From: an uncultured Myxococcaceae bacterium
GTDB taxonomy: Bacteria > Myxococcota_A > Polyangia > Polyangiales > Ga0077539
Assembly: GCA_945952225.1 (NCBI GenBank)
Contig: CAMFHP010000026.1
Span: 13,968-77,967, forward strand
Length of the DNA: 64,000 bases
Reading direction: 5' to 3'
How positions within the stretch are numbered: position 1 is the first letter of the stretch; each line of letters begins with the position of its first letter. Positions 26,834 to 36,568 of this stretch are shown in pieces. The position numbers and the translations under genes are program-made. The notes under the pieces are model-generated. The model did no database searches. It saw only the letters and a list, made by a program, of their open reading frames with translations, and was not told the DNA's origin.

Positions 26834-27361
26834 TCACAGCGGCACGGGCGTGAGCCCGTCGAGCCACCGTGCGATCGAGGGCGCGATGCGCTGCACCTCC
26901 GAGGACGCGCCGACGACGTACACCACGCCGTCGTCGTTCGAGGCGCACACGCGACGTCCGTCGTAGGTGGCGGCGATGGGAACGAGCGCATCGGATCGTC
27001 CGACCATCCAAGCGGCAGCCGCGCGCAGCACGCGCTCACGCTCTGCGACCGACGCCGCGCCGAAGAGCACGAAGAGGTCGTCACCCGCCGTGGCCTCGAT
27101 CGCGAGGCGCATCCAGTCGGAGAACCACGCGCGAAGGTCGTCGTGCAGCGGCGCTTCGAACATCGAGAGGTCTGCACGCTCATCACAGCGAACCGGCTGC
27201 CACGGAGCGAGGCCCTGCGCATCGGCCGAGGCGACGAAGCACGGCGAGCGCTCTCCGGCCTCGACCTCCGCCAGCGGGAGCGCGCCCGAGATCGCGCGCA
27301 CGGCATCGAGGTAACGGTGGTAGAAGCGCGCCTGCGCGTCGCCGAGCGCCGTGAGCTCCAT
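26834..27361 (-). CDS. Syd-like / SUKH-superfamily protein
   Basis: LTALGDAQARFYHRYLDA...PLAEVEAGERSPCFVASADAQGLAPWQPV parallels the E. coli Syd N-terminus as I recall it (LTAQALKDFTARY...PLSEELYGVPSPCI...WQPQP). Confidence 0.55.
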   Translation of the reverse strand: MELTALGDAQARFYHRYLDAVRAISGALPLAEVEAGERSPCFVASADAQGLAPWQPVRCDERADLSMFEAPLHDDLRAWFSDWMRLAIEATAGDDLFVLFGAASVAERERVLRAAAAWMVGRSDALVPIAATYDGRRVCASNDDGVVYVVGASSEVQRIAPSIARWLDGLTPVPL

Positions 27362-27400
27362 GCGCGCACTCTAGCCGGTTCTCGGTTGGGATCGTGGAAC

Positions 27401-28348
27401 ATGGCGCACAACGAGTTCGACCGCATCGCACGCCTCACACGACGCTTCGGTGGCGCCCATCCGCCCGACATCGGGATCGGTGACGATTGCGCCATCGTGC
27501 ACCCGCGCGGCGCGGCGCTCGTGACCGTCGACTGCGCTGTCGAAGGGGTTCACTTCCGGCGTGACATGCTCTCGCTCCGTGAGGCGGCCGCACGCGCGAT
27601 CGAAGCTGCGGTCAGCGACGTCGCCGCGATGGGCGGCTCGGTGCGCGGCGCGGGATGCGGCCTCCTCCTCGCGTGGACCCTCCCTGACACGCTCGATGAC
27701 GAGGACTTCGATGCGCTCATCGCTGGCTCGCACGCCGCAGCCTCGCGCCTCGAGACCCACGTGTTGGGAGGAAACCTCGCGCGCGCTCCCGCGCTCACGT
27801 TGACGACCACGGTGCTTGGCCTCGCGCCGATGCGACCGGTCCTGCGACGCGGCGCGCGCCCTGGCGATGTGGTGGTCACCACGGGCCGCCCCGGGGCTGC
27901 GGGCCTGGGTCTGCGTGCTCTCCTGGGAGGGCACCGCGATGCGCGGCTGGCCCCGTACATCGAGTGCTGGCGCGCCCCGCGAGCGCGCACCGAGATGGCC
28001 CAGGAGCTCGCGCGCGCGGCCCATGCCGCCATCGACCTCTCCGATGGACTCGCGCAGGACGCGAGCCATCTCGCGTCGGCCTCCGGGTGCGCGATCGAGT
28101 TCGACACGCGGTCGCTCACCCTCGACGACGCCTTCTGCGACGCCGCACGCATCATGGGGCGTGATCCTCTCGCGATGGCGCTCGATGGCGGCGAAGACTA
28201 CGAGCTCCTCGCGACGGGACCGCGCGAGGCGTTCGGAGACGCATGGCGCGTCGTCGGTGCAGTGATCGAAGGCGACGGGATCTGGGTGGCGGAGGGGGGC
28301 GTGCGACGTCGTTGGAGCCCGCGCGGATGGGATCACTTTCGCGGGTGA
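27401..28348 (+). CDS. thiL: Thiamine-monophosphate kinase
   Basis: NEFDRIARL, IGIGDDCAIV, AIDLSDGL, GGEDYELL and the C-terminal GWDHF all match ThiL landmarks. Confidence 0.9.
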   Translation: MAHNEFDRIARLTRRFGGAHPPDIGIGDDCAIVHPRGAALVTVDCAVEGVHFRRDMLSLREAAARAIEAAVSDVAAMGGSVRGAGCGLLLAWTLPDTLDDEDFDALIAGSHAAASRLETHVLGGNLARAPALTLTTTVLGLAPMRPVLRRGARPGDVVVTTGRPGAAGLGLRALLGGHRDARLAPYIECWRAPRARTEMAQELARAAHAAIDLSDGLAQDASHLASASGCAIEFDTRSLTLDDAFCDAARIMGRDPLAMALDGGEDYELLATGPREAFGDAWRVVGAVIEGDGIWVAEGGVRRRWSPRGWDHFRG

Positions 28349-28363
28349 GACGCGGCCGCAGAC

Positions 28364-29695
28364 TCAGCCGCGGTCGTTCACCGCGACGCCCCAACCCTTG
28401 AGCTTGCGCACGAGGTCTTTTCGCGCGATGCCCGTGTCGCGGGAGAGGTCGTTGAGGTTGCCGTTGAGGCGGGCGAAGGAGCTGGTGAGCCAATCGCGTT
28501 CGAAGAACTCGACGAGGCGCTCACGGGCGATTGCGGGGTCCGGCGGCTTGGGGCGCGCGTTCAACGGCATGACGAGCGCTGCGCGGGCACGGGCGGCTCC
28601 CTTCTGCGGGAGCACCGGCGTCGGTGCGTCGGTCTGAAGTGCCTTCGCGACGAGTTGACGGAGCTCGCGAACGTTGCCGGGGTAGTCGCGCGCGACGATG
28701 TGGTCCATGTCGCTGGCGAGGAACGAAGGCTCGGCGCCGCAGATCTCGCGCGTGAACTGCCGAACGAGGAGGGGGATGTCCTCAATGCGCGCCCGCAGCG
28801 ACGGCACCTGGACCCGCACGGCGGCGACGTGGGCGATGAGCTCCTTGCGCACGCGGCCTTCCTGCGCCGCCTGACGGAGGTCGGACGACGACGTCGCGAT
28901 GATGCGCGCGTCGAGCACCCCCTCTTCGCGGCGTTCGTAGAGGTTGAGCAGCGCGCCGAGCTCCGCGGTCGTTGCCTCGTCGACGCGTTCGAGAAGCAGG
29001 GTGAACGTGTCACTCCGCTGCCCGACGGACGCGATCGTGGGTCGTTCACCCGGCGGAAGCCGAAAGTCGACGACCGTGATGGGCGATGCGGCGAAACGTG
29101 AACTGGCGTGAATGGCCTTCGCGAGGAGGGTGCGCCCCGAGCCCGGTTCGCCTTCGAGCAGGATCGGCGCGTCGGAAGGCGCGAGCCGCTCCAGCAGCGC
29201 GAAGAGCTGCCGCATCACCATCGACTGCCCGAGCACCGGGCCGAAGGCCGCGCGTTCGCTGGGTGCGATCGGCACGGCCATGTCACCGGCGAGCAGCTGC
29301 AGCGTGGTGCGACCGATGCCCAGCTCCGTGCCCACCGGCACGACGCCGAGGTTGAGCCGGGTCGCTCCCACAAACGTGCCCGAGTCACTCCCCAGATCAC
29401 GCACGCGGACGCCACCGGCGACGAGCGCGATTTCGAGGTGGTACTTGCTGGCGTGGGTGTCGCGGAGGATGAGGTCGTTGTCGGTGTGCGTGCCGACGAG
29501 GAGTGTGCCTGCTTCGAGCAGCGCCTCGCGGCCACGATCGGGCCCGCTGGTGACGCGCACGCGGACCCGTCGAACGACGAGACCTCCATGGGGGTCGGTG
29601 AAGAGAACGCCGGTCAGAGGCGTGACCTTGACCGGCGCGGGAGCGCGCGGACGTACGCCGGCGCGATCAGCCTGCGTAACGCCCGCATCGTCCAT
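28364..29695 (-). CDS. FHA-domain, sigma-54-activator-like AAA+ / Fis-HTH regulator; the GAFTGA loop is apparently absent
   Basis: The FHA domain reads LLVGTHTDNDLILRDTHASKYHLEI...RDLGSDSGTFV. Walker A is LLEGEPGSGRTLLAKAIH. It also has DARIIATSSSDL, PSLRARIEDIPLL and GNVRELRQLV, plus a C-terminal HTH. Alternative GTG start at 29728. Confidence 0.8.
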   Translation of the reverse strand: MDDAGVTQADRAGVRPRAPAPVKVTPLTGVLFTDPHGGLVVRRVRVRVTSGPDRGREALLEAGTLLVGTHTDNDLILRDTHASKYHLEIALVAGGVRVRDLGSDSGTFVGATRLNLGVVPVGTELGIGRTTLQLLAGDMAVPIAPSERAAFGPVLGQSMVMRQLFALLERLAPSDAPILLEGEPGSGRTLLAKAIHASSRFAASPITVVDFRLPPGERPTIASVGQRSDTFTLLLERVDEATTAELGALLNLYERREEGVLDARIIATSSSDLRQAAQEGRVRKELIAHVAAVRVQVPSLRARIEDIPLLVRQFTREICGAEPSFLASDMDHIVARDYPGNVRELRQLVAKALQTDAPTPVLPQKGAARARAALVMPLNARPKPPDPAIARERLVEFFERDWLTSSFARLNGNLNDLSRDTGIARKDLVRKLKGWGVAVNDRG

Positions 29696-29877
29696 GACTG
29701 CGGCGAGCTCCTGGTGAACTACCTTCACGACGCACCCACCGTGGGAGTCAACGGAACGACTCCCGGTTGCAGGTCCAACGATCTTCGATGCGATGAAATC
29801 CGCCTGCGATGACCGGCCCCGTCCGCGTCGACCTCTCCAACCGGCCGGTTCCGAGCATAACCCTCGAAGTTGCCACC

Positions 29878-29898
29878 CGCCATGAGTTCTATTCATGG
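29878..29898. promoter_or_regulatory. AT-rich inverted repeat GCCATGA-N7-TCATGGC in the divergent region between the bEBP-like gene and larC
   Basis: It has perfect 7-bp arms. A nested GC hairpin follows at 29904-29940 (GTGAGG..CGCCC gag GGGCG..CCTCAC). Confidence 0.3.
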
Positions 29899-30069
29899 CC
29901 TCTCGTGAGGTGGCATCGCCCGAGGGGCGGACATTCCTCACTGGAGTTCTGGCGCAACGGACGTGCCAGTGACCATCGACGGGCCGACGGCGCGACCTCG
30001 CGCTCGTTGACTTCCGCGCATCGCACGCGATACGCGCCCGTGATCCGCCCGAGTTCCTCCGAGGCCCGC

Positions 30070-31470
30070 ATGGCGCAAGACCCCCACGATCACAGCCACT
30101 CGCACGCGCACGATCACGGTCACTCCCACGACCACTCGCACGCGCATTCGCACGACCACGAACACGGCCACTCGCACGACGTGTCGTCTGCCTCTGGTCA
30201 CGACGGTGCGCGTGGTGAGCACGACGAATTGCAACACCGTGACGCGGATGTCATGGGCTCCTCGCCGCTCGCGCACGGTGCCGGCGCAGGCCACGTGCTC
30301 CACCTCGACGCGTTCAGTGGGATCGCGGGCGACATGCTCGTGGCAGCGCTCCTCGACCTCGGTGTGCCGCGCGAGCCGATCGACCGCGCGCTCGCGTGCC
30401 TGCCCGTCGCGGGATACCGCATCGACACCCCGACCCGTTCCGTGCACGGCATCGTCGCGCGACGGTTCGTGGTGCACGTCGAGGGTTCGCATCCGCAGCG
30501 CACGTTCCGCGACATTCGCGCGATGCTCGAAGCGGCCCCGCTGCTCGATGGCGTTCGCAGCCGCGCGCTCGCGACGTTCTCGCGCCTCGCGGAGGCCGAG
30601 GGGCGCGTTCACCGTATGCCGCCCGACGACGTGCACTTCCACGAGGTCGGCGCGGTCGATGCGATCGTCGACATCGTGTCCGCAAGCGCTGCGCTCGAGT
30701 GGCTCGGCGCGCGGGTGTCGTGTGCGCCGCTTCCGATGGGACGCGGGTTCGTTCGGGCTGCCCACGGCGTGCTTCCCGTGCCCGCCCCCGCGGTCGTCGA
30801 GGTGCTCCGCGGCGTGCCCACGATCGACGCGCCCGTGGACGCAGAGCTCGTCACGCCCACCGGCGCTGCGCTGGTGCGCGCGAACGCGACCCTCTTCACG
30901 CGATGGCCCTCGATGCGCCCGGTCGCTACGGGGTTCGGCGCGGGCACGCGCTCGCTCGCGGACCGACCGAACATGCTCCGTGTCGTGCTCGGCGTGCCCG
31001 ACGATGGCGCGCGCATCGAGCGAGACGACGAGACCCACGCGGTGCTGGAAGCAAACCTCGACGACGCGTCGCCGCAGGTGGTCGGCCACGCCGCGGAGGT
31101 GCTCCTGCGCGAGGGAGCGCTCGACACGTGGACGACCTCCATCGGAATGAAGAAGGGGCGTCCAGGTGTGATGCTCTCGGCGATCACGCGTGCGACCGAC
31201 CGCGCTCGAATCGGTCATGCGCTACTGGAGGAGACGCCGACGCTCGGGCTCCGGTGGCGCGGCGTCGCGCGGATGGAGCGTCCCCGGCGAACGGAACACG
31301 TCGAGACCCGCTTCGGTGCGGTGCCCGTGAAGATCGCCGATGGAGACTCGCACACGCCGTCCGCGCAACCCGAGTTCGACGTGTGTCGCGAGCTCGCACG
31401 CGCGCATGGGGTCCCCGTGCGCGCGGTGCACGCGGCCGCGCTCGCGGCGTGGTGGTCGACGCGAAGCTGA
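30070..31470 (+). CDS. larC: LarC-family (DUF111) nickel-insertion protein with an N-terminal His-rich extension
   Basis: The tail is MAQDPHDHSHSHAHDHGHSHDHSHAHSHDHEHGHSHD. VLHLDAFSGIAGDMLVAALLDLGVP, the canonical LarC/DUF111 N-terminus, follows. Confidence 0.85.
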   Translation: MAQDPHDHSHSHAHDHGHSHDHSHAHSHDHEHGHSHDVSSASGHDGARGEHDELQHRDADVMGSSPLAHGAGAGHVLHLDAFSGIAGDMLVAALLDLGVPREPIDRALACLPVAGYRIDTPTRSVHGIVARRFVVHVEGSHPQRTFRDIRAMLEAAPLLDGVRSRALATFSRLAEAEGRVHRMPPDDVHFHEVGAVDAIVDIVSASAALEWLGARVSCAPLPMGRGFVRAAHGVLPVPAPAVVEVLRGVPTIDAPVDAELVTPTGAALVRANATLFTRWPSMRPVATGFGAGTRSLADRPNMLRVVLGVPDDGARIERDDETHAVLEANLDDASPQVVGHAAEVLLREGALDTWTTSIGMKKGRPGVMLSAITRATDRARIGHALLEETPTLGLRWRGVARMERPRRTEHVETRFGAVPVKIADGDSHTPSAQPEFDVCRELARAHGVPVRAVHAAALAAWWSTRS

Positions 31471-31542
31471 ACACTCTCCGCGCGACGCGCTTCGGCGCGC
31501 ATTGCGACGCGCGTTGGCAACACGGTAGCTTCGCGCGACACG

Positions 31543-33564
31543 ATGCGTCCTACCGCGCCGCTCATCCTGGTGATCGATGACGATGCGGTCGCGCGCCGGA
31601 CGATGCGGGCGCACCTCCACCGCGGTGGGTTCGCCTGCGAGGAGGCCGCCGACGGCGAGCGCGGCCTCGAGCGCGCGATCGAACGTGCGCCCGCGCTGAT
31701 CCTCCTCGACATGGTGCTCCCGCCGACCAGCGGACTCGACGTGCTCGAGCGCCTCCGTGCGCGGCCGGAGACGCGGGACATCCCGGTCATCATCGTGACC
31801 GCGTCGGAGCAGGACGACGAGCTGGAGCGGGCGTTCGTCGCCGGCGCCGCAGACTTCGTACGCAAGCCCACCCGCGAGGGCGAGCTCCTCGCCCGCATTC
31901 GCGGCAGCCTCACGCTTCACGCATCACTCCGCGAGCTCGCACGCAAGGAGCGCGACGCGCGCGTGCTCGTCGAACTCACGCATGCGCTCTCCTCGTCGCT
32001 CGACGTGCGGGAGATCCTTGCGCTGGTGGTGCGACGCATCGCCGAGGAGTTGCGCGTCGACCGGTGTTCGATCGTCGTGGCCCGCGAGGCCGGCGACGTG
32101 GGCTACGTGGTCGTCGCGAGCGATGACGTGGGCGTACGCGACCTCCCCATCGACCTGGAGCGCTACCCCGAGATTCAGCGCGTGCTGGAGACGCGACGGC
32201 CGCTGACGATCGACGATGCGACGTCGCACCCGATGTTCTGGGAGGTGCGCGCGCACGTGTCGTCGACGCGCTTTCCGATGCTCACGCTCGTGCCCATCGG
32301 GTCCGAAGACCGCGCGGTGGGCGTGCTCTTTCTGCGGGCCTCGGAGGCGCGCGGGAGCCTCGACGAGCGCGAGGTCGCGTTCTGTCAGGTGGTCGCCAAC
32401 GCGACGGCCGTCGCGCTTCGCAACGCGCGCGTGGTGCAGAAGCTCCGCGAGGAACAGCTCGCGGTGTCGGAGGCCCACCTCGAAGCCTCGCATCGCGTTC
32501 GGCTCCTCGAGCAGTATGCCGACCTGTTCCAATCGTCGGCCGATGGGATGGCCGTGCTCGACCGCGACGGCAAGGTCCTCTTCGCGAACCCGAAGGTCAG
32601 CGAGGTCACGGGCTACGACGAGCGAGAGATGCGAAACGGCGAGCTCGCGCATGCGTTCATCGCCTCGGACCGCGAGCGCGTGCTCGCGCTGCGAGAGGGC
32701 TTCGCGCGCGGCGAATATCCGTCGGGCATCGACCTGACGATGCTCCACCGCGATGGGACGCGGCGCATCGTGTCGATCGCGACGTCGCCCGTGCAACAGA
32801 GCACCGATGCCGTGCTCGTCACGCTCCGTGACGTGACGCACGAGCGCGCAACCGCCGACGAGCTCGCGCGCACGAAGGAGTTCCTCTCGTCGCTCATCGA
32901 GAGCTCGCCCGATGCGATCATCGCGGCTCGGCTCGACGGAACGATCCTGCTGTTCAACTCCGCTGCGGAGCGCATCCTCGGGTACGCGCGCGACGAGGTG
33001 ATCGGGGCCGCGTCCGTCGAGATGCTCTATCCGCCCGGTGCGGCGCGTGAGGTGATGCGACGCATTCGCACCGCCCCGGAGGGGCGCCTCGCGAGCCAGC
33101 GCGCGGAGGTGCTCTCGAAGCTCGGTGAGCGCATCCCGGTGCTCCTCTCGGCCGCGATGGTGGCCGAGGGCAGCGCACAGGTGGCGACGGTCGGAATGTT
33201 CTCGGACATCCGCGAACGGATTCAGTTGGAGGAGCGCCTCGCGCAGTTTCAACAGCGTGTGGCGTTGAGCGAGAAGCAGGTGATCGCCACCGAGCTCGCA
33301 GGGGCGGCGGCGCACGAACTCAATCAGCCGCTGACGGCGATCCAGGGCTACGCCGAGCTCCTGCAACGCAAGGCCGATGCAGACTCGGCCATCGGACGAA
33401 GCGCGGGCGTGATCCTTCGCGAGGCGGAGCGCATGGCGGAGATCGTTCGGAAGATCGGCAAGATCGCGCGCTACGAGACCAAACAGTACGTGGGCGGCAC
33501 GAGCATTCTCGACCTCGACCGCGCGACGGAGACCGATTCCATTCCGCCGGAGGAGGCCAAGTGA
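31543..33564 (+). CDS. Receiver - GAF - PAS - PAS - HisKA(DHp) protein with no HATPase catalytic domain
   Basis: The REC domain has LILVIDDD and ALILLDMVLP. GAF-like and two PAS-like segments follow. The H-box is ELAGAAAHELNQPLTAIQGYAELL. The protein ends about 70 aa later with no N, G1 or G2 boxes. Confidence 0.8.
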   Translation: MRPTAPLILVIDDDAVARRTMRAHLHRGGFACEEAADGERGLERAIERAPALILLDMVLPPTSGLDVLERLRARPETRDIPVIIVTASEQDDELERAFVAGAADFVRKPTREGELLARIRGSLTLHASLRELARKERDARVLVELTHALSSSLDVREILALVVRRIAEELRVDRCSIVVAREAGDVGYVVVASDDVGVRDLPIDLERYPEIQRVLETRRPLTIDDATSHPMFWEVRAHVSSTRFPMLTLVPIGSEDRAVGVLFLRASEARGSLDEREVAFCQVVANATAVALRNARVVQKLREEQLAVSEAHLEASHRVRLLEQYADLFQSSADGMAVLDRDGKVLFANPKVSEVTGYDEREMRNGELAHAFIASDRERVLALREGFARGEYPSGIDLTMLHRDGTRRIVSIATSPVQQSTDAVLVTLRDVTHERATADELARTKEFLSSLIESSPDAIIAARLDGTILLFNSAAERILGYARDEVIGAASVEMLYPPGAAREVMRRIRTAPEGRLASQRAEVLSKLGERIPVLLSAAMVAEGSAQVATVGMFSDIRERIQLEERLAQFQQRVALSEKQVIATELAGAAAHELNQPLTAIQGYAELLQRKADADSAIGRSAGVILREAERMAEIVRKIGKIARYETKQYVGGTSILDLDRATETDSIPPEEAK

Positions 33565-35255
33565 GCGCGCGGCACGGCACCACGCAGCATGGGCCCGCGA
33601 CCAACGAGGGCCTTCCGATGGACGAGCACACGCGCTCTCGACGCGCATCGGGCACGCGCATCTCCGCGCACCCGCCGCCCGCCGACACGGTCAGCTCGCC
33701 CGCGGATCGCATCCTCGCGACGCTCTCGCGCGCCCTCGCACGCACCGTCGAGTCGTCAACGGACGCCGCGATCGTGGGCGTGCACCTCGACGCGCTCGTC
33801 GAGCTCCTGCCTGCGCGGGCGGTCGCAGTGCGCGTCGTGAATCCGGGCACGCGCGCGGTGGAGGTTGCACGCTCCAACACGCTCTTCGTGGGCGGCGCCG
33901 ACCTCGTGCTGCGTCTTCAGACCGACGGGCGACGATGCGCGCTCGACGGAACGTCGTCGGGATTCGACGTGGCCATCGAGGCGCACGGTGAGCTGCTCGG
34001 CGCGATCACGGTCGAAGCGCTCCACACCGCGGGACGCGCGTCGGACCCGGACCCTGGATTCGCGCGCGACCTCGCCGTGGCCACCTACGCCGCTCGCCAG
34101 CTCGCCGCGCTGCTCTCCGTGGGCCGCGAGCGACGCGCGCGCACGGCGGAGCAACCCCGTCGCATGATCCCGCTCACCCCCGTGGCCACCGTCGGCTTCG
34201 GCAATGAGCTCCGCGCGCTCTTCGACGGCACCCGCGAGTTCATCGCCCTGCTCGATCGCACAGGCACGGTTCGTTCGGGCAACGCCGCGATGGCCGCCAC
34301 CATCGGCTGCCCGCCGGAGCGACTCGCGGGGCGCTCCTTCATCGACCTCGTGGACCCCGAGGATCGCCGACGCCTCGGCGGATCGTTCTGGTCCGCGCTG
34401 CGCGGACAATCGTCGCAGATCGAGGTCGCGTTCACCCCGCGCGAAGACGGCGAACGACCGCTCATGGCGCTCTCGTTCAGCCCGGTGTGCGACGCCTCGA
34501 ACATGGTGCTCGGCGCGATCGTGATCGGACGCGACGTCACCGATCAGCGCATGCGCGAGGAGCAGTTCGCGCGCGCCGACAAGCTCGCCAGCGTCGGCCG
34601 CCTCGCAGCCAGCGTCGTGCACGAGATCAACAACCCGCTCACGGCGATCCTCGCGTACTCCGATCAGCTCACGCGCCGGGCGCCGCCGAACGCAGACCCG
34701 CGCGACCTCGCACGCATCGCACGCATCGCCGAGGCTGCGGAACGCATCCGCTCGCTCGTACGCCGACTGCTCGCGTACACGCCTTCGGCCGCCGAGCAGC
34801 CTTCGCCCCTCGCCCTCGGCGACATCGCGGGCCAGGCCGCGCAGTTCTGCGAGCACGTGTTGCGAGAGCGCGGTGCGACGCTCGACCTCCGCGTGTCGCC
34901 CGAGACGCCGCCCGTGTACGGCCTGCGTGGCGAGCTCGCGCAGGTGTTCGTGAACCTCATCACGAACGCGAGCCATGCGACGCCGCAGGGCAGCGGGCGC
35001 ATCGAGGTGCACGTGTTCTCCCCCGAGCCCGGCGTGGTGCGCGCCCTCGTGAGAGACAATGGGCACGGCATTGCGCCGAAGGACCTCAACCGCATCTTCG
35101 AGCCGTTCTTCACCACGAAGGGCAACGGCCAGGGCACCGGGCTCGGACTCTCGATCGTGCGGAGCATTCTCGAGCAGCACCGCGCGGCCCTCCAGGTCGA
35201 GAGCGCCGTCGACGTCGGAACCACCTTCACGATCGAGTTCCCCTCGCACGAGTGA
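33561..35255 (+). CDS. Sensor histidine kinase (GAF-like/PAS - HisKA - HATPase_c)
   Basis: The H-box is [22 protein letters not shown]. It also has [17 protein letters not shown] and [13 protein letters not shown]. The GTG start overlaps the upstream stop (GTGA). Alternative start at ATG 33618. Confidence 0.85.
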   Translation: MSARHGTTQHGPATNEGLPMDEHTRSRRASGTRISAHPPPADTVSSPADRILATLSRALARTVESSTDAAIVGVHLDALVELLPARAVAVRVVNPGTRAVEVARSNTLFVGGADLVLRLQTDGRRCALDGTSSGFDVAIEAHGELLGAITVEALHTAGRASDPDPGFARDLAVATYAARQLAALLSVGRERRARTAEQPRRMIPLTPVATVGFGNELRALFDGTREFIALLDRTGTVRSGNAAMAATIGCPPERLAGRSFIDLVDPEDRRRLGGSFWSALRGQSSQIEVAFTPREDGERPLMALSFSPVCDASNMVLGAIVIGRDVTDQRMREEQFARADKLASVGRLAASVVHEINNPLTAILAYSDQLTRRAPPNADPRDLARIARIAEAAERIRSLVRRLLAYTPSAAEQPSPLALGDIAGQAAQFCEHVLRERGATLDLRVSPETPPVYGLRGELAQVFVNLITNASHATPQGSGRIEVHVFSPEPGVVRALVRDNGHGIAPKDLNRIFEPFFTTKGNGQGTGLGLSIVRSILEQHRAALQVESAVDVGTTFTIEFPSHE

Positions 35256-35340
35256 GCGGGGCTTCGACACGGCCGTCGCGACGCGCGCTTGCGACCGGCG
35301 CAAAACGGCGATAGGTTCCGCAGCCCCTTCAGGAGACACC

Positions 35341-35589
35341 ATGGCTCGCGTCACCGTCGAAGACTGCCTCGACAAAGAAGAGAACCGTTTCGCGCTCGTG
35401 ATCCTCGCGGCCGTGCGTACCCGTCAGCTCATGAAGGGCGCGCGCCTCCAGATCGACCAGCACAAGTACCGCAACAAGCCCTCGGTGCTCTCGCTTCGCG
35501 AGATCGCAGCGGGCAAGGTGCACTTCCACCGACCGTCGCGCGACGCGGTCGAAGAGTACATCCAGGACCAGAAGCGCCGCTTCGGCTGA
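35341..35589 (+). CDS. rpoZ: DNA-directed RNA polymerase omega subunit
   Basis: [33 protein letters not shown] matches the RpoZ N-terminus. Confidence 0.9.
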   Translation: MARVTVEDCLDKEENRFALVILAAVRTRQLMKGARLQIDQHKYRNKPSVLSLREIAAGKVHFHRPSRDAVEEYIQDQKRRFG

Positions 35590-35607
35590 TCCCTGTTCCG
35601 TCTGCCT

Positions 35608-35646
35608 CGCGAGGCCCGGTCTCCCTGAAACGGAGCGGGCCTCGCG
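35608..35646. terminator. Stem-loop terminator between the convergent rpoZ gene and the gene ending at 35668(-)
   Basis: CGCGAGGCCCG ... CGGGCCTCGCG form perfect 11-bp arms, with an inner CTCC/GGAG pair. TCGTTTCG follows. Confidence 0.6.
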
Positions 35647-35667
35647 TCGTTTCGAAGCGCGTGCGTC

Positions 35668-36246
35668 TCAGGCGCTCCCACCACGACGAACGGTGAACGC
35701 GCCACGGCGCGCGAGCTCCTCGGCCGCGCGTTCGCTCCCACCGTTCTTCACGCGGTCATAGAGCTGCACGAGGCTCCGCGTGACGGCGCCCAGCGCCTGC
35801 GACTCGGCAACCTCGGCCAGCACGTCGACGAAGCGCGGAAACTGCTCGCCGAGCTCCACCAGCGCGACGGGTTCGGTGCCTGCCTCTTCGCGCACGAGGG
35901 CCGCCGCCTCTCGATACGCGAAGGCCCCGATACGCACGTAGAAGCCCGTGGTCCCCTGCGCGTGCTCGACGTGCTCGGCGAATACGCCCGAGAGGTAGAG
36001 GGCCCCGTCGCCCACGGTCTGGAGCGCGTGGCCGCGCGTCGCACCGGGCTGCGAGAGCGCCTCGTCGAGAATGTGCACGATGGGGCGGTCGAGGAACCCC
36101 GCCGCAGGGCGCGCGGCGTAGGTCACGAGCAGCTCGGCGACGTAGGCCGCGGTCTCGGGCGCCGCCCGCACCCGTCGACGTTGGAGCGCCGTGTCGAGCA
36201 CCGCACGGAAATATCCCCCCAGGTCTGCGCAGGTTTCGATCGTCAT
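35668..36246 (-). CDS. Hypothetical protein
   Basis: 192 aa starting [13 protein letters not shown], with coding-like composition. I recognise no family. Confidence 0.55.
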   Translation of the reverse strand: MTIETCADLGGYFRAVLDTALQRRRVRAAPETAAYVAELLVTYAARPAAGFLDRPIVHILDEALSQPGATRGHALQTVGDGALYLSGVFAEHVEHAQGTTGFYVRIGAFAYREAAALVREEAGTEPVALVELGEQFPRFVDVLAEVAESQALGAVTRSLVQLYDRVKNGGSERAAEELARRGAFTVRRGGSA

Positions 36247-36423
36247 CGCTTCACCTCCGGTCGCTCTCCAGGATGTCTGCGCGATCTCCGACGCCGTCCA
36301 GAGCGAGCGCGCGCGGCGACGCACATCACGTCAGACGGTACCGTTGCGATCGGACATCGGCCGGTTTTCGCGCGGCCTCTCCCCATGGCCCGACGTTGGC
36401 CCCTCCCCGCGCGTGACACCGGG

Positions 36424-36450
36424 CTGGCACACCTACATCACGAGTGCCAA
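36424..36450. promoter_or_regulatory. CIRCE-like HrcA operator, copy 1
   Basis: CTGGCACAC-N9-GAGTGCCAA compares with the CIRCE consensus TTAGCACTC-N9-GAGTGCTAA. Confidence 0.6.
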
Positions 36451-36502
36451 CCCATTGAAACCACCGCACTTCGCGAAATGCGTCGGCCCCGTCGGGGGGC
36501 TC

Positions 36503-36530
36503 TTGACACCTCCCACTTGGAGTTTATCTT
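36503..36530 (+). promoter_or_regulatory. Sigma-70-like promoter candidate for groESL
   Basis: TTGACA (36503-36508), a 16-nt spacer, then TATCTT (36525-36530). It sits between the two CIRCE-like elements. Confidence 0.45.
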
Positions 36531-36541
36531 CCGCGCCGCTC

Positions 36542-36568
36542 CTGGCAGTCGAACCGAGGGAGTGCCAG
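36542..36568. promoter_or_regulatory. CIRCE-like HrcA operator, copy 2
   Basis: CTGGCAGTC-N9-GAGTGCCAG has one arm mismatch. It lies just downstream of the promoter candidate. Confidence 0.6.

Noticed and set aside
29904-30069. Possible nickel/cobalt riboswitch in the larC leader
   Set aside because: I see hairpins but cannot match them to the NiCo (czcD) motif from memory. Without a covariance-model search the call is unsupported.
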